The notes beneath the pieces are model-generated. The model was given only the letters and a program-made list of their open reading frames with translations, did not search any database and was not told the origin of the DNA. Below, piece after piece: positions 1-10,800 of a DNA stretch of 64,000 nucleotides (the first letter of the stretch is position 1; the number at the start of each line of letters is the position of its first letter). This DNA is from Mytilus californianus. Lineage: Eukaryota. The stretch is from NCBI RefSeq assembly GCF_021869535.1, contig NW_026262690.1, forward strand, positions 112,220,001 through 112,284,000, written 5' to 3'. The translations under genes were made by a program, and so were the position numbers.

Positions 1-1680
1 ATGCCTTTTGTGTTTTGGAAAGAGAACATATTGTTAGACGTTCACGATACGGTACGTCTTTTTTTTTTAAATTTAATTTTTGCAGACTTCTGTACCGAAC
101 GTCAAAAATTTGCACTTTTTACACAGATAACATTTTGATTTTTTACTATTATTTAGTTTAAACATATGTTATTATCGAAATAATACATGACAATAGGATC
201 GGACAGAAGATATACTACTTAGAATTGTCTCCTTCATTACACAAAAAAATATTATTTATTTAAGAAATGGACACTGTTTTTAGAACTGATTATATATTTT
301 TGACATGTAAAACGTTTTTCCCTTCATAATCTTAACTTATTTTAAGTAAATATGTCACTGTCTAAGACTGACAATTATTGCAAAATGCGTCTCTTCTGAC
401 ATGGCCAAGATTCCGTCGTCAAAAGTAACTAAGTCTATGCCTATTTATCGTGTGGTAACAGTCAACTCGCATTCAACTGTTAATTTTTCAAACATCAGTT
501 CGCGAATAATTACAGTGGCTTTTAAAAAATGAGCGCCCCTTTGTTCGGACTATAATATCGACACCTGAAATATGTGTCTTTCCGGAAGCTTTTAATAAAA
601 ACAATCCTCGTTCGGATCATTAGCAGGAACAGTTACTATATATCCTATGTTTAATAGATCTTTAATTTCAATTTCATCCACAAACTATGGAATGAAAACT
701 TCAACTTGGAATTGTTCATTCTAAATTATAAAATGATTTACAGTCCTGGAAAAGCCATGAAATAAGACTATTTTCGTATATGTATGTTTTTTCGGATGCA
801 TGGAAATGAGCATGTGTGTATTTAGAACAAACACTCGTTCCAGCAGAGAAATATGTCTCTGTAACTAGGTTCCGAAAACAAAATAGTCAGTGTTATTAAA
901 GCTTGTTCTTCATACAACTTTCTGTAAATTTCGGATAATTTACGGAATACTTTTACGCGTAAATTAACACTTGAAAATCGAATGAATATTTGATGAGAAT
1001 CGTAGGTAGCAATTTTTTTAACCACGCTACACGCCCCAAAATTTTGCATGAAAAAAAAGTAACCATACTCATGATATTTTTGGCATACGGGAACTCTTGA
1101 ACATAAGCTTACTGAAAATCAAACATCTTATTTTCATTTTTATTGAAAACTGTACATGAGCTTTGTTGATTGGTCATACCTCAATGAAATTTTAGAGGAA
1201 AATCGTCTTTTCTTTATCATATGACACGAGTCTTGCTGTTTTCCAGTATACGCTACGCTGCTGTTAATATTTTGACAATAAGACACTAACTTAACAACAA
1301 AAGATGAAAAGACACCAATAGGTCAATGTATGATCTTTAAGTGTTTGTACCATAAGTCAAGCTGTTAAACTGCTTAAAAGAGAGGCGAAAGATACCAAAG
1401 GGACATTCAAACTCATAAGTGGAAATTAAACTGACAACGTCATGTTCAGAGAGAAGAAAGTTTTGAATGAATCAAAAGAAGACAGCTCAAAGACCTGTTA
1501 CCAAGTCAAAATTTCTGGACGTACACGAAAAAAATATTTATTATAAACATTTGACAAGAGGCGATTTTTCGTTCCCTGTTGTTTTTTTTTTTTTCTTCTT
1601 TTTTACTTAGATATTCCATTGGTCCTTTCTTCCAGTAGGTATATCACCCCAACTCGTTCGCTCAGTCAATATCTCTTGTG

Positions 1681-1789
1681 CAATCTAATCAAAAACCGAT
1701 CTCGCATCGCTTCCGTTTTCTGATATGTCGCCTCGGACACGACATATAGGGAAACGCGAGCGATGCAAGATAGGTTTTTAAATAGATTG
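1681..1789. repeat. Long imperfect palindrome / fold-back
   Basis: caatcta..aaaaacc.atct.gcatcgct..gttt....atatgtcg mirrored by cgacatat...aaac..agcgatgc.agat.ggttttt..tagattg. Confidence 0.75.
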
Positions 1790-2657
1790 TCTTTAGTGAT
1801 ATTTTACATTCCAATTAATATTATATTTATATTGCTGATAAATTAAGAAGTTCGGGGCATTAATAACAAATGACATGGAAACTTTGCTAAATCTTTCAGA
1901 AAAAAGAATTGGTTGGCAAGTTCGGCGATATATGTACTGCTATCCAGGTATTTACACCAAGTCTTGAGGTCTCATCTTTTTGATACTGATATTTTTTCAT
2001 TGCACAAGGTCAGGCTTTATTAAGACTGAATATGACTTCTTTACACTGAATCCATTGAAGGTGTACTGATTGACATTTTAGTCGTGTAGAACATATCTGT
2101 CTTTCTGTCATATTTGCTTTTAGTTTGTTTTCTCATAAATCAGGTAATATGTTGTTTTTTTTAATTTGAATTGTTTCACATATTGTCATGTCGTGACGTT
2201 TTATAGCTGACATTACAGTATGACGTTTTCTCATTGTTCAATGACGAACTGTTACATATTGCAATTCATTAAGACTCTTGAGGATAGAGTCCCATTGACA
2301 AGTATACCACATCTACGTATTTTATATTGTGTATTAATTTGTTGAAACTAAGCTTTGAAATAGCGTTCAGTAACTGCGTGTAATCTTAGATCTGTACTTT
2401 GTTTTTTTTTTCTTCTTCTTTTTCTTATATGTTTTGCGCTAAGTACCGGGTTTTTGCTCATTGTTGAAGGTCTTACGATGACCTGTATATTCACATCTTT
2501 TTCGTTTGGACTTAATGGATAGATGTCTCATTGGCAATTATACCAAATCTCTTTTTTTATATTGATTTCATATACATCTTCCATATCAACCGTTCAAAGG
2601 TGTCCATTCAATTTAAAAGATTTATGTTATATGAATAAAACTGCAGTGTGAGTATTT

Positions 2658-3035
2658 TACAGTTTGTTCTTATGTTGTGCTGCTGCAACACTTTCCCATG
2701 TTAAGGGAGGGTTAGCGCGTCCACAAACCCCCGCCTAATTCTGTATGTGTCTGTCCCAAGTCAGGAGCCTGTGGTTGTCGTTTGTTGCTATATATAATAT
2801 TTGTTTTTCGTTTATCGGTTTTGTACATAAATCAGGCGGTTAGTTTTCTCATTTGAATTGTTTTACGTTGTCACTGCGGGGCATTTTATAGCTTGCTATA
2901 CGGTATGGGTTTTGCTCATTGTTGAAGAATGCCGTACAGTGTCTTATACATGTAGTTGCTTACCTTCTTCGTTATTTTGTCTGTGGCGGAGAGTTTTCTC
3001 ATTGGCAATGAATCCGTTATCCTATCATTTTTATA
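2658..3035 (-). mobile_element. Non-autonomous interspersed repeat, family B (head aggagatgtggtatgattgccaatgagacaact)
   Basis: Reverse-complement match to copies at 23826-24198 and 53430-54010; class unknown. Confidence 0.75.
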
Positions 3036-4224
3036 TAGGAAAACAACTGAGCATCAGTTTGCATTTTATTATTCCATAATTTACAATCTATCAGACATAC
3101 AACAACTATACATATGTACAAAGATTGCAGTGAAATATAATCAACATGTTTATGTTAATATAAAATATACAGATGGATATTTTATAACTTAAAAATGTTT
3201 ATTTTCTCAATAAGAAATTAAAACAACGGCTTTTTTTTACAAGTTACAACTTTTTAATAGACAATGTGAACCATATTAAGTATTTTAGATAAAAATTGAC
3301 TGTTCCGTGTTAAGATTCTAAGATTTTATCTTACTCTATTTCATTATAATGGGAAGACGTTGCCTGTTTTTGTTAACAATTTGTTTAATTGAACGGACCA
3401 AGGGGGAAAAGGGGGGGGAGGTGTTAGAAAAATATTTAAAAAGATTTGTAAATATTTTATCCAATATCTAAGAACCATAACTTACGTAAAGAATCACTTT
3501 AAATGGTGTTGCTGGACAAAAATGAATATAAAAAGAGGAGTTGCAAAGATGTATGATACAATAATGTGAACAGTCTTGGATTTTTATCAATCACTTAGCG
3601 TATATCTATTCTGCACTTATAACCACACCTTTCCTACAACAATTTTGAAGAGATTTATTTATCTTAACCAGGCTTTAGTCTGGTGATGAAATAATAATCA
3701 AAATATCCGAGTTCTGATACTTAAACTAATTACATTAATTATTGTTTATATTTTAATGATTGTCTGTTTGTAATTTCAAAGTCAGTTCTGATGAAAATTC
3801 TAACAGACATTATTGTTTTAGGAGTATAAAACACCGCGAGATTCTGCGTAATTTAAGAGATTTGAAGGAAACAGGAGCTGACAATCACTCAATATGTAAT
3901 TACCCATTTCATTAAAGGCACCACCAGCCTTGGCATATCAGACAGCAATTATCCGTCGGAAATATCATAATATTTCTCATCAGACGATTACCATTATCTC
4001 ACAACAAATACATAGTTAATGTGATGAACAACAGGATTACATATTTCTCAAATGAATCCAAACAGTGACGTAATAATGCTATAATTTATAATGATATTTA
4101 ACAAATGGATCTGTAGGCGAAGTAATAGTGTTTGCTTGCCAACACCGTATGCTGTTTTTGTTCATCACATTGGAATCTTATATTATATATCACAGATATG
4201 TATGAAAGTTCCTAGTCTTTATTG

Positions 4225-4301
4225 TCAGCTTTGTCTCAGAATATTGCTAAAAGGATTAGGACCTCTTCGTCTAGGATCTTCTGTAAATAAACCAGAACTA
4301 C
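4225..4301 (-). CDS. SMOC: SMOC terminal coding exon
   Basis: (G)SSGLFTEDPRRRGPNPFSNILRQS*; acceptor ttttttctattaccag|, phase 1; resembles the RRGxNPF..IL tail I recall from invertebrate SMOCs; TGA at 4225-4227. Confidence 0.85.
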
Positions 4302-7300
4302 CTGGTAATAGAAAAAATAACCAATTAATATAATTTCATTCGTTAATAGTATGATCATAAATGTAGATTTTGCCTTCTTAAGACTTTCCGAAATCTTTAA
4401 CAAACTACATATATCCGACAGAAAGATGCATCGGACCAAGACAGAAATGCTGTTAACGTTATTGTTTTGACCGTTCCGATTGGTCCAGACGTTGAACATT
4501 GTTTTCTTCGATTCGATTGGTTCATACGTCATTACGAAGTTGATATGAACGTTATTGTTTCGACAGTTCCGATTGGTCCAAACGTAAAACGTTATTGTTT
4601 TGGTTGTTCCGATTAGTTCAGACGTACAACGTTATTGTTTTGACCGTTTCGATTGGTCCAGACGTAGAACATCATTGAGTCATCATTATGTTGGTCGTTC
4701 CAGTTCCTCCATACGTCATTACAAAAAGGTGTTGAGACGGCGCAACATACTTTACAAGTACTGAAGTTGCATTGTTGAATTGTGCCTTTTTATGGACATG
4801 AACATTTTTTTATTTGTTTCTACATTTTTATTATTTTCTATGGTGGCTTTTGAACTTCCCAATCCATGATCAATCCTTTTATTTGAGTTTATATTTCGAT
4901 TTTTTAGTTTAATTTTACATAGGTTCAGTTTGATGCTTTGTCCTCCTGTTAATTTCGAAAAATAAACAAGTTTGATTATCATCAAAACAAAAAGCATAGA
5001 ATTCAGCATTATCACATTGCGATTAATTAACATAAACTGTAATAGTGGGATGAGAAATATTTTTGATTTTAGTTATCAGCTATACAAACTTATATGTTAT
5101 TGAAAACTCTCTTCAACAAAATAATATCCAGAGGTATAGAAATTGGTTTCAGTTTCTCTGCATGATGAATTCGCCCGATTTGGCTGTGTTGGATGTATAA
5201 ATAAGCAGACACGTCCGGCTGGAATGGGAACGCTAAATCAGATGCCTCATGTGGCAAAAATGCCTCCTAAAGACTTCCTATCAATAACTCTTTGAGGGGT
5301 CCATATCAAATATAGTTACCCTCTTTTCCAAGAGCAGTCCAAAACTGCATCCTCCTCTTTTGACTTGACAAAGCCCATCTTTTGACATTTTAGAATTATC
5401 TTTGGTCCTATCCTGAATATGCATGAGATATTTGCCACTGGGCGTAACGTAAACAACAATCAATTTCTTTAAATATAATTTTATTCGTTAAAATATCATG
5501 TATATAGTATCAATTAACTCATCGTAGACACCAGGATTATAATGTATGAATGGCAGACGCGCGTTCCGTCTACAAAAAGGCTCATCAGTGACGCACGAAT
5601 AAAAATTATAGAATAGGCCAAATAAAGTACGAAATTGAAGAGCATTGAGGACCCAAAATTCCAAAAGGTTTTGCCAAATAACTTAAGTTAATCTGTAAAG
5701 ATTCCTGGGGTAGAACATCCTTTGTATTTTGAAACTAATAAATACATGTTAACCATGCTCTCCAAGACACTGTTTGACATCGATACTTTCAACCCGAAAT
5801 CTGGACATTTTTCTAACGTAGGTGTTCAATAAGCCGTCTGTTTAAATGTTACTCCGAGCACTCTCTTCTGAAAGGTCTACCTAGTAGGCACTTTATAACA
5901 GACTTTGATGAGACTTCGACGAATATCAATCTTTCTAGATAAATAACTGCATCCGTAATAAGGGTGCTCCCCTAAGGAGGAATCCACCGGAATACAATAA
6001 TTATAATACAAAACTTATTCTGTACATACCGACAATAATGGGATAACCATTTGATAGTCTGGTGGTGGTATTTAAAAAAAAAGATTATTCTTGCCTGGTC
6101 ATCCCTTGTCAAAGACAAGATGAAATTGAATATTATGTCTACCAATATGCAGGGAAATGCAGGAAATAGTTAGAAATAAATACGCCGTACCTTCAACAGA
6201 CGAAAATGAACATTCCATCCACAATGGTCTCCCCTGATGATGACCTTAGCTTGATTTCATAACCTTACCTGAAGTATCCATGCAACCAATCCATTCTTTT
6301 TTAGATACTTTTCTGTCTTTATTTTCATCACAATATCGTATGAAGTTTCTCCTACATCTCCTGGTATCTTTTGTTTGTGGGATTTGTTTTCGGAGTGTCT
6401 TTAGCTCCTTGCGTTCTAAAACCTACAAATAACCGACAGATCTTCAACCAATCGCTATATTACTATTGATTAACTTGTCATGAGAAATGCATAGATAATA
6501 AGAAAATGTAGGATGTAAGATAATTAGAAACAACAAAATGACCAAAGGACTATTGTCTCCATGGTTTTCAAACAGTCAATAATATTAAAATAAATGATTT
6601 GAACTTAATTAGATTTACAATGCACTTATGAAAGTTAAGTCAATCCTATCATTACCCTTTATCTTTATGTTCCACTATAAATGTGATGTCCTCTCACTAA
6701 ATAATTCAAATTAAGTGAATATGTTCAATGCATCTATCCCATCGAAATAAAGGATACAATAGATGCAGTTAAGTCTGCCTCATATCTTGACTTACATCTA
6801 AAAACGGTTGAGAATAATTAACCTTTACGACAAAGAGATAATTTCAGCTTCCCATTTGTGAATTTTCCATTTCTAACTAGCAACATTCCAGCAGCGCCTG
6901 CATATATATATATGGAGTATGTATCCCTAGTTTATACGATATTCCAGAGCTTGCATTTTCTATCATGATTTCCTTCATAGAGAGTTTCTGCCAACAGGGA
7001 GCTATTAAACCAAGAGTTCTGAGTGGTGAAGTTGAAATTATCCCTTCGAATATTTCACGGACGCCATCACCAGATCGTTGACCGTCATGTAATATCTTTT
7101 TAACAGATGGCGACGGACATGTTCCAACTCTCGTTACCACAATCCCGTGCTGTTTTCATCGAATGTGACCTACCGAAATTGACTTATCATCGGATTTGTA
7201 CAGACATGAGGAACATGACGGGTGCCACATGGGGATCAGGATCTGCTAAACCTTCCACAACAGTTGGAACCACCACCGGTTTTTGGTGGGGTTCATTTTG

Positions 7301-7803
7301 TTTAGTCTTTAGTTTTCTATGTTGTGTTTGTGTTTACGGATATTTGTCTTTGTATTGTCAGTTCGTTTTCGGCTGAGGAGTTTGAATATTCCTTTGGTAT
7401 CTTTCGCTTCTCCTTTGTATACTATTTATACTTACAAGGTTTGAATTAGAATCTAACTTCCTAAATTTCCATTCGACAGCTCCGTCAGGGGTTGTGTTTA
7501 CACCGCCTACCTTCAGTACATTTCTGGAAAGGAACCGTTGTCATTAGTGGTCAATCATATAGTAATGCATTTTTTTTACAAAGATATTAAATACACACTT
7601 CTTTTATTCAAAAAGGCAATGGCCAAAAAAAGTGAATCTATTCACGCGCTTGCCTAATAGTCGAATACATTGATCAAATTAGATGAATGATTATACTTTA
7701 AAGATATAAAATGTACTGAGTGATGTTGCTCACTAATTAAACACCCGCTTAAGTTTTCGGCAAACCGAAAGTTAAAGATCGAAGGAAAGATGTTGACGAC
7801 GAC

Positions 7804-7835
<32 letters not shown>

Positions 7836-10800
7836 TGATGATGATGATGATGATGGATAGCTGCTTAACGTCCACCAGCAAATTAATATGCATATTCATG
7901 ACGAGAACATGTTAATGTTAAAAGACTATTAACACTCCTTTGTATTAGACCTTCACGCTTAGTCGGATTTTTAAAGTGCTAGTTTACAAGGTAACAGTCC
8001 ACAGGAAGACATATCACCTTACCCGGACACACTATTCTGACTCCAAGCCGATCAGTCTTTGGTCTTACTCCTTAATGCCGCGTGCTTAGCAGAGAAGCAG
8101 CAAATACCAATTTTAAAGTTTTTCGAAGGAAAGACATATGTATCACACGGTATGGCATACCCAAAAAAAAAATGTTGAAATAAATCAAGAAGCTATGACT
8201 TGTAAGTTGGTAAAATAACAAGACTCAAATGAAATAGACAGACGAGCGCACGAATGGAAAGAGGTTTACCAGTGTATTTTTTTACTTCCTACTTATAGCG
8301 GGGTATAATTATATATGGATGGATGTAGTTTTGAAATATTTGAAAATGATTGATATATAGGAAAGCAATTGATATTTAAGAAAACAACTGATATATCAAT
8401 GTAACACAGACGTCAACTGATATGCCACGTTGGTGTACTTCCTGTTACAGAATTCAAGTTACGACATAAACATTTTGTCAAATGATCTCCATGCTATATT
8501 TTATGATACTTTAGTTCCTGCAATCATGTGCAACAAAACATGATTAAACAGTTGCTGTTTCATGTATGATGTAAACGTATATTGGGGAAATACGAGCCAA
8601 CCGATTCATAGATTATAATTTTCTATACAGCAGATATTGTAACCATAAACTAAAAAATTGAAACCATTAATATATCCAACAACAAAACAATAACGGTGTT
8701 GATGTCCAATGCCCAATGTCCAATTATCATTGTTTTAACCTTTCCATTCTTTCTATTAGGAAATTTGTAAATACTTTGTTGTCCGTAGATTTTCGTTGAT
8801 ATTACCATTCTATTAAATATTGTGAACATTTCATGAAAATTGAGCTATAAATAAATGATAAAGAGATTATTTTACCAAATTCGTTATAACTAAATAGGGG
8901 AAACTCTGTTTTGATCTTGTTATAAGATTACATTCAAATCACTAACCAGTCGCGTCTGTTGTATATTCCAAATATTTCAATATAAAAGTCAAAGGTAACG
9001 TAATGTCTTTCAGTAGATTGAAGGTACAGATCATATAATAAATACAATAAAGAATAGAGTGTTTGAGTTAAAGCTATTGTTGGCGACTAGTAAACAGGAG
9101 CCTCTGGCCTTTGTTAGTCTTGATTTTTTTTTAATTTTAGTTCATTTATATGTTTTGGAGTTTAGTGTGACGCCCATTTTTACTGAACTAGTACACAAAT
9201 TTATTTAGGGGCCGGCTGAGGACTACCTCCGGGTGCGGGAATTTCTCGCTGCGTTGAAGACCCATTGGTGGCCTTCGGTTGTTGTCTGCTCTTTGGTCGG
9301 GTTGTTGTCTCTTTGACATATTCCCCATTTCCATTCTCAATTTTATGAATACCTCACAGTCGTTGGAAACACGGACAAATATGTCATGTCATATGGCAAT
9401 ACTTAATTTTTGTAGTCGTTTTTCAAAACTTTATTTTTAAATACTGACCTTTTAAGACCAGCTGAAATTTTACGCTAATGTGTACATTCATACCGTTACA
9501 ATAACTGTTGTAGGTTTATATACAAAAGCAAACCTTAACTGACAACTATTATCTCGCCCAATCCCCTCCCTAGTATTTCCATCCCCCTCTAAAACATCTA
9601 TGTCTTCGATAGTGTAAAGGAATGACGTAACATCAACTTCGGGGTTTATTATTTTTTTCATTACCTATGATCTTGTTTTACAATTATATCTTGTTAGAAC
9701 TGCATGGTGTTGAAACAAAACAGAGTATTTACCAAGGCTCCGTGTTGAAGACCGTACTTTGACCTATAATGGTTTACTTTTATAAATTTTGACTTGGATG
9801 GAGAGTTGTCTCATTGGCACTCATACCACATCTTCCTTATATCTATTTACAATATGTACTAAATTAATTAAGCATGCATAGTTTGATGCAACACCATCCA
9901 CATCTGTCATAACCACTTGAAAACTGACATCTAAAGTAGTATGGGAATCTTCCCCAATCTTGGATTGTAAAAATAGCAGAAAACAATCAATATATATGTA
10001 GGACTCGGAGATGCGATGGGGACGCTGAAGTGCGATGGTCACGCTGAAGTGCGATGGTCTTCGCCAAATTGCGATGGTCCATTCGCTGATGTGCGATGGT
10101 CTCTATGACGCGTGATGGCTATAGTTAAAATCTGCAGATGTTTAATTATTCCAATTATTTTAAGATTTTGTTCTTTTATTAGTAAGAATAAACTAGTAAA
10201 TACAAACATTCAATATTTTCTCCTGTTGCAGTAAAAACTATCTTGTTCCTTGTTTTCGTTCACAACAGCCGTATAAATTCTCCGCGTATTTTGTTCCATT
10301 CTTACTAATCAAGTAGTATTTGCATTTCAAATAACTACTACGTTTTTCAGTCATTGCAATACGTACTGGTTTTAAAGGAAAATAAACTTTTATGTAGCAT
10401 TTATAGTGGTCAATATCTAAAAGATTGTATGAACTATAATAAATAATTGTATTTTTGTCTGAATCTATTTACAAAGTACACTACAACGTTACAGTTAGGA
10501 CTGGAAAGGCACTGACTATTTATCATGACTGTTTTAAGTTAAACAGGTTATACTCCCGATGTTTTACCTTAAAAAAACTGAAAAGCTATTTCCAACAAAC
10601 AATTCACTTCTACATTTACATGTGAACTATGATTTATGTAATCCATCGCACTTCAGCGTTACCTCCATCGGACTTCGGCGTAGCTATCAACGTGATAGCG
10701 TAACAATCCCACCATTGCACTTCAGCGGATCAAAAACTCACTTCAGCATCAAACCATCGAACTTCAGCGTGACCATCGCGGTTCGGAGTACCATCGCGGT

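Noticed and set aside
512-565. Alternative terminal exon candidate GVDIIVRTKGRSFFKKPL*
   Set aside because: The exon at 4225-4301 has a better acceptor and a family-like motif.
7654-7899. Hydrophobic ORF (poly-Ile/Val) resembling a membrane protein; likewise 55678..56037
   Set aside because: Translation of (ATC/GTC)n and (AAT)n microsatellites.
9868-9972. Minus-strand Cys-rich peptide WGRFPYYFRCQFSSGYDRCGWCCIKLCMLN* resembling an antimicrobial peptide
   Set aside because: No start codon, signal peptide or convincing splice sites; wedged between a MITE and a family A repeat.
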